Of a stretch of DNA of 64,000 nt, positions 48,051 to 58,007 are shown one piece after another. Position 1 is the first letter of the stretch, and every line of letters begins with the position of its first letter. The stretch lies in the NCBI GenBank assembly GCA_963836195.1, contig CAWIIX010000027.1, forward strand, positions 22,574 through 86,573. Direction: 5' to 3'. Source of the stretch: an uncultured Actinomycetota bacterium. Lineage in GTDB: Bacteria; Actinomycetota; Actinomycetes; Streptosporangiales; Streptosporangiaceae. The notes below the pieces were generated by a model that was given only the letters and a program-made list of their open reading frames with translations, was not told the origin of the DNA and did no database searches. The translations under genes were made by a program, and so were the position numbers.

Positions 48051-48671
48051 TCAGCCGAGCGAGCGGGCGCGCTCCTGGACTTCGGGTGACGCCTTGGCCA
48101 GCGAGCCGCTGTCGAAGGGGGGCTGCGGGTCGTACTCGGTATAGAGCTGGATGGCCTGGGCGGTGGTCTCGTCGGCCAGCAGGGCGGCAAGGTGGAGCGC
48201 CATGTCGATACCCGAGGAGACGCCGGCCGATGTGATGATGCGGTCGTGGCGGACGACCCGCTCGGGGGTGTAGGTCGCGCCGTAGCTTTCGATTTCGCCG
48301 GCCGTGCCCCAGTGGGTGGCCGAGGTCAGCCCGTCGAGCAGGCCTGCCGCCGCCAGCAGCAGCGAGCCGGTGCACACCGAGGTGGTGAACCGGGTAGTTG
48401 CGTGCACACGGCGGAGCCACCCGAGGAAGTCCTGGTCCTCAAGCAGCGTCCAGACCCCGCCGCCACCCGGGACCAGCAGCACGTCGCAGGCCTCGACGTC
48501 CGAGTACCGGGTCGGAACGTCGACCGGGAGCGAGCCGAGCACATCGGTGACCCGCCCCGATTCTGGCGCGACGAAGCGGACCTTCGCGCCGGGAACATGG
48601 GCCAGGATCTCGTACGGTCCAATCGCGTCGAGAGGCTCGAAGCGATCGAAAAGCAAGATCACGATGTCCAT
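48051..48671 (-). CDS. DJ-1/PfpI-family protein (isonitrile hydratase-like)
   Basis: LDAIGPYE, VPGG, SVCTGS, ATHW, SAGVSSGID, EYDPQPPF. Confidence 0.92.
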   Translation of the reverse strand: MDIVILLFDRFEPLDAIGPYEILAHVPGAKVRFVAPESGRVTDVLGSLPVDVPTRYSDVEACDVLLVPGGGGVWTLLEDQDFLGWLRRVHATTRFTTSVCTGSLLLAAAGLLDGLTSATHWGTAGEIESYGATYTPERVVRHDRIITSAGVSSGIDMALHLAALLADETTAQAIQLYTEYDPQPPFDSGSLAKASPEVQERARSLG

Positions 48672-48759
48672 GCGCCGCACCATAGCCGGGCGGCAACGGG
48701 GCCGGCAAGGCCGTCGTGGGCATGGACGGTTGCCTTTTACGTTCGATTATCACGTGGAG

Positions 48760-49908
48760 CTAGCGATTGGACATGGTTACTTGCATGTCCATCGCCATCA
48801 GGCGGACGTTGAACGGCTGCGCGTCGTCGAAGTCGTACATGCGCCCGTATTTGGGTCGCAGCCGTTCGATGATCTTTGGCACGGCCTCGTCAACGGCTTG
48901 CCGCCGTGCGGCCGTCCATTCAGGGATGTTTCCGATCTGGTACGGGTCCACGCCATCCCAGAAGGGCTTCACGCCGTCCACGATCTGCTTGCCGTACAGG
49001 TAGAGGCCGAAGTGATTGTCGAGCTGGGACAGCAGCCGGTTCTTGGCGTCGAGATCCAGCCCGGCGGCCAGGTAGTCGGTCAGCGAGAGGTCGGGCACTT
49101 CCGTCGGCCGGGGCACGTACTCGTTGACGAGCGCCGCGACGTCGTCCAGGTAGCCGAGGTAGAAGTCGACGTCGGACTTTTCACCGATGTTGCCGTGTCC
49201 GCCGCAGAACCAGTCGAACTCAAGCGACCGAATGAACTCCAGGTTGGCCGCCAGCAACACGAGCGGCTCCTGCCCGCCGAAGCCGCCGAACGGCAGCTGG
49301 TCGACGTTGACCACGTCAGCCGTGTGCCCGACGCGCTCCTCTTCGATCAGGAACATCGCGTGGTCGGGCGCGTGCGAGGGAAAGGGGAAACCGGCCAGCC
49401 GCACCGTCACGTCCTCGAACGGCACCGCGCCCGACGGCCAGTCGAGGACCTCGGTCGGGCGGGGCAGGTCCGACGGGAACCGCGACATCCAGATGGCGGT
49501 GTTCTTCGAGGCGATCACCCGCGGCGGCGCCGCGGCGAGCAGCTCGAACAGCCGCCGCGACCCGCCGACGTGGTCGGCGTGGAAGTGCGAGTACACCACC
49601 GCCGTCACCGGTAGCGACGTCACCGAGGCGATCGCCGCCAGCGTCGCGTCGGCTCCGCCGAGGGGGGAATCGAACAGCAGCACGCCCCGCTTCCCGACGT
49701 AGAACAGGGACCCGTAGAACTGCCGGGTCACCCACCAGACCCGCTCGGTCACCCGCTGCAGGACGAACTCCTCCATGACCGCACGAGGAAACAAGTGGTT
49801 GACCCGCTGGCCTGGCTTGATGACCTCCGTCGCCGACGGCTCGACATACTCCGCGCCGGTGGTGGAGACCGGCTCTTCCTGCCACTCATCCCGCATCGCA
49901 AACGCCAC
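48760..49908 (-). CDS. MBL-fold metallo-hydrolase
   Basis: YSHFHADHVGG, SHAPD, GGHG. Confidence 0.85.
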   Translation of the reverse strand: MAFAMRDEWQEEPVSTTGAEYVEPSATEVIKPGQRVNHLFPRAVMEEFVLQRVTERVWWVTRQFYGSLFYVGKRGVLLFDSPLGGADATLAAIASVTSLPVTAVVYSHFHADHVGGSRRLFELLAAAPPRVIASKNTAIWMSRFPSDLPRPTEVLDWPSGAVPFEDVTVRLAGFPFPSHAPDHAMFLIEEERVGHTADVVNVDQLPFGGFGGQEPLVLLAANLEFIRSLEFDWFCGGHGNIGEKSDVDFYLGYLDDVAALVNEYVPRPTEVPDLSLTDYLAAGLDLDAKNRLLSQLDNHFGLYLYGKQIVDGVKPFWDGVDPYQIGNIPEWTAARRQAVDEAVPKIIERLRPKYGRMYDFDDAQPFNVRLMAMDMQVTMSNR

Positions 49909-50015
49909 ATCGTCTCCCTTGAGTTGGGTGTTTTCCCGATAGACAACCGCTAACGGTGGCCGGCGCGAAGGTGAGAGGTCCTCACCAGATCCCGGTGATT
50001 CGCCAGACCTGCCCG

Positions 50016-50465
50016 CTAGGCGTGGGGGACGAGTGCCGCGCCGAGGTTATCGAGCACGCCGAGTTGGGTGAGGATGATTGTTCCTTCTGGGTAGCAGTCG
50101 AAACGCTTGATCTTGCCGTCGATCAGCTCGAAGACGTCGCAGCACGGCGCGTCCATCCGCTTGCCGGTTGGCGGCAGCGTCCCGTTGGGAAGCCACAGCG
50201 GGCCGAGTTGGGTCCCCTGCAGCGCCAGCTGGACCACCACGATGTTGCCGCTGGCGTAGACGTGGTACAGCTCGCGGTGCATGTCCGGGAACGCCCGGTG
50301 GTAGTTCTCGACCTGCTCGGGCAGTTCGCTGGGGCCTCGCCAGGTCACCCCGATGGACTCGTCGGTGAACGTGCCGTCCTCGGTGAAGGCCGCAGGCCAC
50401 GCCACCATGTCCATGTCCTCGGCGATCTTGTACGCCTGCCGGACGAGCTGCTCGTTGTCTGCCAT
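50016..50465 (-). CDS. SnoaL-like/ester cyclase family protein
   Basis: AFPDMHRE, QGTQLGPL...PPTGKR, CDVFELIDGKI. Confidence 0.88.
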   Translation of the reverse strand: MADNEQLVRQAYKIAEDMDMVAWPAAFTEDGTFTDESIGVTWRGPSELPEQVENYHRAFPDMHRELYHVYASGNIVVVQLALQGTQLGPLWLPNGTLPPTGKRMDAPCCDVFELIDGKIKRFDCYPEGTIILTQLGVLDNLGAALVPHA

Positions 50466-50590
50466 GTCGTTCTCCTGAGTCGAGACTTGCCGCGGTCGAA
50501 CAAGGGATCGGATGCCTGCGAGGTTATGGGCCGCCCAGGTGAGCCGTCCTCACCTGGCTTCGGTGATTCGCAGTCGGGAAGGTTCCGCGC

Positions 50591-52207
50591 TTACCGGAGG
50601 CCGAAGGCGTATAGCTTGTCGTTGTTGGTCGGGGCGGTGAAGCATTCTGTGCCGCAGTATCCGGAGCCCCAATAGACGCCGCCGTCGACGATCGCGGCAC
50701 CGCCGGTCACCGAGCCGCCGCTAGCGAAACTCCACAAGATCCGCCCGGTCGCGGCGTCCAGGGCGTACATGTTGGTGCCGGTGGTGGCCACCGAGCCCCC
50801 GTAGACGACGCCGTTGGCGACGCTGACGAAGCCGATGTCGAAGGAGCCGGTCGGGTCGGGGGTCTGCCACAGGATCTTGCCGGTGGCCGGGTCCAGCGCG
50901 GCCCAGGAGCCGCTGGTCACGGTCTGCCCGGAGTACGGGCCGGACCCGCCCAGGGTGTAGGGGATGCTGGCCGTGTCACCCTCGGCCGCGTAGATGCGGC
51001 GGCCGTCGGTGGCCGTGCCGTACTCGATGCCGCCGAGGCCGCCGTTGCCGTCCGGGCCGACCTTGGTCTGCCAGACGACCTTGCCGGTAGCGGGATCGAC
51101 CGCCCAGTAGACGCCGCTCTTCTGACCGGCGCCGACCAACTGCTCGGGGCGGCCGGTGGCAGGGTTGGCGGTGGTGAACAGGCTGGGCCCGGCGCCGAAG
51201 TCGAAGTCCGGCCCGGTCGGCGTGACAAGCGTCCACAAGTCGCCGTTCACCGTCGGATCGGCCCAGGCGACTGCGCCGTTACCGAGCTTGAGCGCCAGGA
51301 TCGAGTCCACGTAGTCGTCAGCGGCGGGCTTGGTGCACCCGGTCTGCTCGGGCGTGGTGCAGACCCCGGCGGGCACGCTGTAGTTGTTCCCGGTGTCGAT
51401 GTACAGCAGCCCGCGGGCCGGGTCGACGGCGAAGGTGGACTCCCATACCGCGTTGCCGCTGTAGTAGCCGGGCTTGTTGGAGTCCCCGCCCCCGTTGTTC
51501 GACGGCACCATGTAGGTCTTCCACAGCAGCCTGCCGGTCGCCGCGTCCAGCGCGATGACCGCCCCGCGGAACGAGTCCTCGGCGTTCCCCTCGCCCTTCG
51601 AGGAGATCCCCACGTACGCGATGCCGCGGTAGACCACCGGGGAACCGGTGACCATCGAGTTCGGGTCGGTGTCCACCACGGTCGACCACAGCGGCGCGCC
51701 GGTGCGGCGGTCAACCGCGAACACGCGGGCCCCGGATGTGTTTGGACTGAGGATCCAGCCGTCGCCGAGGATCAGCTCGGCGCCGTAGACGGCCGGGCTG
51801 GTGCGGGACTGGTCGCTCGCCATCCCGGTGTAGCTGGAGATGTCGTTCGACCACAGCACCCGCCCGCTGCCCGCCGCGACCGCCCACAGCTTGCCGCCGT
51901 AGTCCGGGACGTAAACAGTCCCGTCGTAAACGGTCGGGGTCGCGGAGATGCCGCCGGCCGTGGTCAGCGTCCACCGCGGCGCGAGCCGACCCGCGTTGGC
52001 CGGGGAGATCTCGTGCTCGGCGGCCTGGTAGTGAGTGTCATCGATGTTCTGCCCGCCCATCGACCACTGCCCAGGTGTTCCCCCCGGCCCGGGCGCGGCC
52101 GCGGCCCCGGTCGCCCCGGCTACCGCCACCGCCAGCGCCACTGCCACGGCGCCGACCGCCGAGGCGACCCGGCCACGGCTCGATCCGAGCATTCTTCGCC
52201 TGTTCAT
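50591..52207 (-). CDS. Secreted PQQ-binding beta-propeller dehydrogenase (polyvinyl-alcohol dehydrogenase-like, no heme c motif)
   Basis: Signal peptide, repeated ALDAATG..LW, TGNNYS, DFDFGAGP, GQKSG; no CxxCH. Confidence 0.82.
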   Translation of the reverse strand: MNRRRMLGSSRGRVASAVGAVAVALAVAVAGATGAAAAPGPGGTPGQWSMGGQNIDDTHYQAAEHEISPANAGRLAPRWTLTTAGGISATPTVYDGTVYVPDYGGKLWAVAAGSGRVLWSNDISSYTGMASDQSRTSPAVYGAELILGDGWILSPNTSGARVFAVDRRTGAPLWSTVVDTDPNSMVTGSPVVYRGIAYVGISSKGEGNAEDSFRGAVIALDAATGRLLWKTYMVPSNNGGGDSNKPGYYSGNAVWESTFAVDPARGLLYIDTGNNYSVPAGVCTTPEQTGCTKPAADDYVDSILALKLGNGAVAWADPTVNGDLWTLVTPTGPDFDFGAGPSLFTTANPATGRPEQLVGAGQKSGVYWAVDPATGKVVWQTKVGPDGNGGLGGIEYGTATDGRRIYAAEGDTASIPYTLGGSGPYSGQTVTSGSWAALDPATGKILWQTPDPTGSFDIGFVSVANGVVYGGSVATTGTNMYALDAATGRILWSFASGGSVTGGAAIVDGGVYWGSGYCGTECFTAPTNNDKLYAFGLR

Positions 52208-52391
52208 GCCGATTCCGACTCCTTGTCAGGTATCCCCATCCGCCGTTCGGCGCGGACAATGCCGCGATGGAGAGGCGAAGAGGGTTTCCTCTGTTTGCAA
52301 ACCCTTGGGCAGCTTCGCTGTCGAGCCGGTGAGCAGTCGTCGCCTGATTCCGGTGATTCGGCCTCGGTGATCCGTTACCGGGGAACGCGAA

Positions 52392-52490
52392 GTCACGGTC
52401 CGTTCGGGCAAATGGTTTTGATTTTCGGTTGATCCGTCGGAAAACCTGGTGACGACGGCGCAGTCTGGTAACTACGGTTTGGACCGTGAC
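52392..52490 (+). repeat. Dispersed motif copy 4, inside a 10-bp inverted repeat that ends across the P450 start codon
   Basis: CACGGTCCGTTCG ggcaaatggtt TTGATTTTC; GTCACGGTCC (52392) ... GGACCGTGAC (52490). Confidence 0.65.
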
Positions 52491-53703
52491 GGATTCGACC
52501 GCGATAGAGCCGGCGTCCCTGGAGGGCGAGGCCTACTACCAGGATCCGTGGGGATTCTTCGCCCGGCTGCGGGAGTCTCGGCCGGTGGCTGAGGTGCGGA
52601 TGCCGGGTTACGGGCGCGCCTGGGTCGTCACCCGCTACGCGGACGCGCGGGCCGCGCTGGCCGATCCCAGGCTGGCCCGGGACATGAGCCGATGGCCGGG
52701 CGGGGCCCGGTCGCGGCCGAGCGAGGCCCGCGGCGTGGCGACGCACATGCTGCACGCCGATCCGCCCGATCACACGCGGCTGCGCCGACCGGTGCAGAAG
52801 GCGTTCACCCCGCGCCGCATAGCGGGGCTGCGGCCGCGCACGACGCAGATCGCGGCGGGCCTGGCGGACGGGCTGGCGGACGGGCTGGCGGCGGGCGATG
52901 GGGTCACCGACCTGCTCGCCGCCTACGCCCGTCCGCTGCCGGTAACCGTGCTGTGCGAGCTGCTCGGCGTCCCGGAGGCGGACCGAGCCGAGATCGCGGC
53001 GACTGTGCTCCGCTACGACGCGGCCGGGGAGATGCCGCGGGTGGAGGATGATCTGGCCGCCTATTTCACGCGGTTGATCGCGGCCCGGCGAGCCGAGCCC
53101 GGCGACGACCTGCTGTCGGCGCTGATCGCCGCCAGCGACCAGGCGGACGGGACCGCCGACCAGCTGACGGTCACCGAGCTCGTGTCCACCGCCTTCCTGC
53201 TGGTCATGGCGGGCTTCGACACCACCGTCAACCTGATCGCCTCCGGCGTTCTGGCGCTGCTGACCCACCCCGGGGAGATGGCGCGGCTGCGCGCGGACCG
53301 GTCGCTGCTCCCGGCTGCGGTCGAGGAGCTGCTCCGGTTCACCGGCCCGGTCAACCACGCGAACGATCGGTTCACCACCGAGGGGGTATCGATCGGCGGC
53401 GAGGCGATCCCGGCCGGCGAGTGGGTGATCATCGCGCTCCCGTCCGCGAACCGCGATCCCGCCCGGTTCCCCGGACCGGAGCGTCTCGACCTTGGCCGTG
53501 ACACCAGCGGCCACGTCGCCTTCGGGCACGGCATCCACTACTGCCTGGGCGCTCCCCTCGCGCGCATGGAGGCCGAGGTCGCCCTCGGCACCCTGCTCGA
53601 CCGTTTCCCGGGGATGTCGCTCGCGGCCGCGCCGGAGGAGCTCCGGTGGCGTTCGGTCAGCCTGATGAACGGCCTGGAGTCGCTTCCCGTCCGGCTGAGC
53701 TGA
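52486..53703 (+). CDS. Cytochrome P450 (CYP107-like)
   Basis: DPPDHTRLR, AGFDTT, EELLR, FGHGIHYCLG. Confidence 0.95.
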   Translation: MTDSTAIEPASLEGEAYYQDPWGFFARLRESRPVAEVRMPGYGRAWVVTRYADARAALADPRLARDMSRWPGGARSRPSEARGVATHMLHADPPDHTRLRRPVQKAFTPRRIAGLRPRTTQIAAGLADGLADGLAAGDGVTDLLAAYARPLPVTVLCELLGVPEADRAEIAATVLRYDAAGEMPRVEDDLAAYFTRLIAARRAEPGDDLLSALIAASDQADGTADQLTVTELVSTAFLLVMAGFDTTVNLIASGVLALLTHPGEMARLRADRSLLPAAVEELLRFTGPVNHANDRFTTEGVSIGGEAIPAGEWVIIALPSANRDPARFPGPERLDLGRDTSGHVAFGHGIHYCLGAPLARMEAEVALGTLLDRFPGMSLAAAPEELRWRSVSLMNGLESLPVRLS

Positions 53704-53819
53704 GCCGAAACGAGGGTTACTCCCGGGTCTGGGCGTGCTGGCGCCCGCGGCCGGGGTGGTGCCTTCCGGTCGCGGGCGTCGGGTTGAGGGCGGGGGCGGG
53801 TGGTTAGCCGGGCGGGGTG

Positions 53820-55387
53820 TCAGCCGCTGGGTTGGGCTGTGGGTGGTGGTGGGTGGCTGCGGAGGGTGGTTGCGCCGTCGGGGCTGGTGGCGCGGGTGGA
53901 TCCGTCGGGCAGGAGCTCGAGGTCCCAGCCCATCCGGTGCACGCAGACGTCATGATGAAACTGGCACAACATCACGCAATCGACGCTGCTGGTCTTGCCG
54001 CCGTGTTTTTTGTGTTTGACGTGGTGGACGTCGCAGTGGGCGGGGCGGCGGTTGCAGCCGGGCCAGGCGCAGCCCTTGTCGCGGGCGATGACGGCTTTGC
54101 GGATGTAGTCGGGGATGGTGTCGGCGTAGCCGATGTCGAGGATGGCGCTTTTGGTGTTGAGGGGCTTGCCGAGCAGGGTGCGGCGCAGCGCGGAGGCGAG
54201 GGCGCCGGGGCCGGACACGAACCGGATGGCGCGGCGGGCGAGGGCGTACTGCAGGGCCTGCCACGCCTCGGGCGGCAGCGGGGTGCCCGGCGCGCGGCCG
54301 GCGTGGTTGTAGGCGTCGGTGACCAGGGTGATCATCTCGCCGATGAGGTCCCAGTCGGGGGCGCCGGTGACGACCGGGACGATGAGGGCGTCGCACGCGG
54401 CGGCCTGCGCGTCCTTCCCCGGTCAGGTAGCCGTGCTGGCCGGCGCGGGCGCGGAGCCAGGTGTCCTCGACGACCGAGGCGCCGTCGATCTGCGAGGAGG
54501 TCGGACAGGGGGATGGTGACGTCGACGCGGGTGTCGGCGCCGGCCCGGTCGGGCACCATCTTGGCGCGGATGAGGAGCTCGCAGCCCTCCTGGAGGGCGT
54601 CGTGGTAGCGCTGGCCGATGGTGCGGAAGTCGTCGGGGCCGCGGCGTTTGCCGAGGGCTTCCAGGACGGCGGTGACGGCGGCGGCGCACTCGGGGGTCAG
54701 GTCGCCCCGGATCCGGCCGGCGCCGTCCATGGTGGTGTCCAGGAGGAGGTCCCGGTCGCCGAACCCCTTGCCGTGGGGGTCTTCGTCGGGGTCGGGCTCC
54801 TGGGCGCGCCAGGCCTCGTAGGCGGCCTGGGCGATGAGCTTGAGGTCGTCGAGGCCGGCGCCGGCGGCGGCGGCCTCGACGAGGATCTTGTCGGCTTCCT
54901 GCTGGAGCTCGTCGTGGTCGATCCGGCCGGTCCACCCGGCGATCTCCCTCGCCCAGGAGAGGGTGAGGGCGCCGGTGGTCGTCGCGTCGTCCAGGTGAGG
55001 GTGGCGGGCGAGCAGGCGGACCTGGCGGACGGCGGTCTTGGCGTCCCTCCAGCCCAGCTTGTGCTTGGCGACCAGCCAGGAGGCGGTGCTGGGGTAGCCG
55101 TCGGCGTCGTGGCCGCCGTCGGCGTCGAACCGGCGCAGCAGGCCGTTCCGGGCCGCGTCGAGCAGGGAGGTGATCGCCCCGAGCTGCTCCAGCGCCTCGC
55201 CCCGGGCCGGGCCGGCCAGGTCGGCGGCGGCCGGGGAGTTCAGGTACCCGGCCAGCGCGTGGCCGACCCGCAGCGCGTCGGCGACGCTGGCGAACGCCCG
55301 GCCGGGGGCGGCCAGGGCGCAACCCGCCCCGTCCGGCGTGCACATCATGAACCACCCCCTCCCGCTGGGTTCCGCGGCGGGTGGCAT
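53820..55387 (-). mobile_element. DUF222 + HNH endonuclease (13E12-repeat-like) gene with apparent frameshifts at ~54490 and ~54420
   Basis: FDADGGH..DG..STASWL, QRYHDAL, RDKGCAWPGC...CDVHH...GG.T...LCQFHH. Confidence 0.82.
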
Positions 55388-55564
55388 GCCAGGCGGCCGC
55401 CGCGGATGCGTCTGCTACGTCTTACTCACGCTGGGCTGCCTGCCTCTCCCTAGAGAATACCCGTTTGACTGACGCTAATCAAATTGATCTTGCATGATCT
55501 TTTGTTCGATTCCTGTCAACTACGCCATCGACAGGTAATCGTGGGGGGATAGAGTCAGCCGGGA

Positions 55565-55589
55565 CCGTTCGATAAGAAGGGTTTGATCT
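55565..55589 (+). repeat. Dispersed motif copy 5
   Basis: CCGTTCG ataagaagggt TTGATCT, preceded by GGGA. Confidence 0.7.
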
Positions 55590-55794
55590 GCCCCCTGCTG
55601 GCCGCCTGCCGGGACCAGATGCTGCACACCGATGGCAACGATCTTGCGATGGAGACGAGCCCGGCCGCCGATAGGTTTGGTCTTGTGACCAGGCATCCTT
55701 CACGCGATCGGCTGTCCGGCGGCGAGCAGGCAGCGGAACCGGCAGCGCGCGTGAACCCAGGCCGGACCCGAGCTGCGCCCGACAGGAGGATGCC

Positions 55795-56721
55795 ATGCGA
55801 GCAGTGACCGTCAACAAGGCCGACGGCCCGGACGCGATCACGGTCGAAAACCGGACCGTGCGCGCGCCGCGCCCCGGCGAGGTCCGGCTGCGGGTGGCTG
55901 CCGCCGCGGTCAACCCGATCGACGTGTTCATGTGGCGCAGAGCGGTCGAACCGCCGTTCACGCCCGGAATGGACGCGGCCGGGACGGTCGAGTCGCTCGG
56001 CCACGCCGGCCTGCGGCTGAGCGTCGGCGAGCCGGTGATGGCCGTCGTCAGCCCGTGGCTGCCCGAGGGAGGCGCCCAGGCGGAACTGGTGGTCGTCCCC
56101 GCGGCGTCCGTCGTCGCGGTGCCGCCTGGGGTGAGCGCGCCGGAGGCAGCCACCCTGCCGATGAACGGCCTGACCGCGCTCGAAGGCCTCCGCATGCTCG
56201 GCCTGGCCGCCGGATCCACGCTCGCCGTCACCGGCGGCGCCGGCCTGCTCGCCTCCTACGTCATCGGCCTCGCCCGCCAGCGCGGCATCCGGGTGATCGC
56301 CGACGCCGGGCCCGGGGACGAGGCCCTCGTCGCCGGATTCGGAGCCGACCACGTCCTGCCCCGCGGCGACGGGTTCGCCGACGCGGTCCGCGAACTCCTG
56401 CCCGGAGGGGTCGACGCGGTCTTCGACACCACCGCCGCGCTCACCCGCGCCGCGCTGCCGGCCATCCGCGACGGCGGCGCGATCGCGGTCGTGCGCGGCT
56501 GGGACGGCGGCGCCGGACCCGGCCGGGGCATCACCGTCCACCCGGTTAGCGTCGGCAACGCCATGCACAACACCGCCTGGCTGGAGCAGCTGGCCGACCA
56601 GGCCGCGGCTGGGCATATCCAGCTGCGCGTGGCCGGCCTTTACCCGCCCGAGCGCGCCGCCGAGGCCTATCGCCTGATGGAGGCCGGCGGCCTCCGCGGC
56701 CGCGCCGTCATCACCTTCTGA
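55795..56721 (+). CDS. NADP-dependent MDR oxidoreductase (quinone reductase-like)
   Basis: AAVNPID, PGMDAAG, AATLPMNGLTA, TGGAG; AGGAGG RBS. Confidence 0.9.
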   Translation: MRAVTVNKADGPDAITVENRTVRAPRPGEVRLRVAAAAVNPIDVFMWRRAVEPPFTPGMDAAGTVESLGHAGLRLSVGEPVMAVVSPWLPEGGAQAELVVVPAASVVAVPPGVSAPEAATLPMNGLTALEGLRMLGLAAGSTLAVTGGAGLLASYVIGLARQRGIRVIADAGPGDEALVAGFGADHVLPRGDGFADAVRELLPGGVDAVFDTTAALTRAALPAIRDGGAIAVVRGWDGGAGPGRGITVHPVSVGNAMHNTAWLEQLADQAAAGHIQLRVAGLYPPERAAEAYRLMEAGGLRGRAVITF

Positions 56722-56733
56722 CCTCGCTTCCGT

Positions 56734-56750
56734 GTCTCAAATAATGAGAC
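56734..56750. promoter_or_regulatory. Palindromic operator-like site upstream of the methyltransferase
   Basis: GTCTCA-AATAA-TGAGAC, followed by a degenerate copy TCTCGCATTATGGAGA. Confidence 0.5.
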
Positions 56751-56791
56751 GCTTATCTCGCATTATGGAGACGGGTGATAAAGTCGGCCGT

Positions 56792-57601
56792 ATGCCTGAC
56801 ACTGCGACCTACACCCACGGGCACGCCGAGAGCGTGCTGCGCTCGCACCGGACCCGGACCGCGGAGAACTCCGCCGCCTACCTGCTCCCCTACTTGCGGG
56901 CAGGTCTGTCGCTGCTCGACATCGGCAGCGGGCCGGGCACGATCACGGTCGACCTGGCCGAACGGGTGGCGCCTGGTCCGGTCACCGCGGTCGAGGTGAC
57001 CGAGGCGGCGCTGGCGGTGACCCGGGCTGAGTTTGAGCGTCGCGGGTACACGTCGGCCCGGCTGGTCACGGGCGACATCCACGACCTGCCGTTTCCGTCC
57101 GGATCATTCGACGTGGTCCACGCTCACCAGGTCCTGCAGCACGTGGCGGACCCGGTGGCGGCGCTGCGGGAGATGGTGCGGGTGTGCCGCCCCGGCGGTG
57201 TGGTGGCGGTCCGCGACGGCGACTACAGCGGCTTCACCTGGTACCCGGAGCTTCCCGGGCTGGACCGGTGGCGAGAGCTGTACAAGTCGGCGGCCCGGGC
57301 GAACGGCGGCGAGCCCGATGCGGGACGACGGCTGCTGGCGTGGGCCCACGCCGCCGGGATCACGGATGTGTCGGCGACGTCGTCAACGTGGTGCTACGCG
57401 GACCCGGCCTCGCGGGAGGCCTGGGGCGGCATGTGGGCCGACCGCATCGCCGGCTCGGCGATCACCGAGCAGCTGCTGACGAGCGGGCTGGGGACACAGG
57501 AGGACATCGACGCGATTGCCGCCGCGTGGCGCGAGTGGGCGGCCCACCCGGACGGCTGGATCAGCGTCCTGCACGGCGAACTGCTCATCCGCGTGCCGTA
57601 G
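56792..57601 (+). CDS. Class I SAM-dependent methyltransferase
   Basis: YTHGHAESVLRSH, LDIGSGPGTIT, FDVVHAHQVLQH, PGG. Confidence 0.92.
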   Translation: MPDTATYTHGHAESVLRSHRTRTAENSAAYLLPYLRAGLSLLDIGSGPGTITVDLAERVAPGPVTAVEVTEAALAVTRAEFERRGYTSARLVTGDIHDLPFPSGSFDVVHAHQVLQHVADPVAALREMVRVCRPGGVVAVRDGDYSGFTWYPELPGLDRWRELYKSAARANGGEPDAGRRLLAWAHAAGITDVSATSSTWCYADPASREAWGGMWADRIAGSAITEQLLTSGLGTQEDIDAIAAAWREWAAHPDGWISVLHGELLIRVP

Positions 57602-57741
57602 CTGCCACGGGGGCAGTCATCCCGGTGAGCGCCCGCATCGACCAACAATTACGGTTAGTTATCCATCCCTAACATGGCGTCTCTGTGAAAGGCTGGCCGC
57701 AGCGGCCCGGAGCGGGCTGCACGTGGTCTGAGGAGATCGCC

Positions 57742-57951
57742 ATGAGCGTGTACAGAGTGACCGAGATCATCGGGACGAGCACCACTTCATGGGAAGACGC
57801 GGCAGCGGAGGCAGTCAGGACGGCCGCCGGAACGCTCCGCGATCTGCGGGTGGCCGAGGTCGTTAAGCAGGACATTCACCTCGACGAGGGCGGGGCGATC
57901 ACCTATCGCACCAAGCTCCAGCTCTCCTTCAAGTACGAACCCGACCACTGA
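57742..57951 (+). CDS. Dodecin family protein
   Basis: VYRVTEIIGTSTTSWEDAA...LRDLRVAEV...LSFKY; GAGGAG RBS. Confidence 0.92.
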   Translation: MSVYRVTEIIGTSTTSWEDAAAEAVRTAAGTLRDLRVAEVVKQDIHLDEGGAITYRTKLQLSFKYEPDH

Positions 57952-58007
57952 TCCAAGGTCATGCGGCGCGCCTGCTCTCTTTACCGGATACATACGTACC
58001 GATGGCG

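Noticed and set aside
52858-52893. 12-bp tandem repeat in the P450 (GLADGLADGLAA)
   Set aside because: In-frame slippage in a variable helix; no evident significance.
55450-55512. LexA/SOS box upstream of the DUF222 gene
   Set aside because: Only a half-site (TGTTCGA) and a very degenerate candidate are present.
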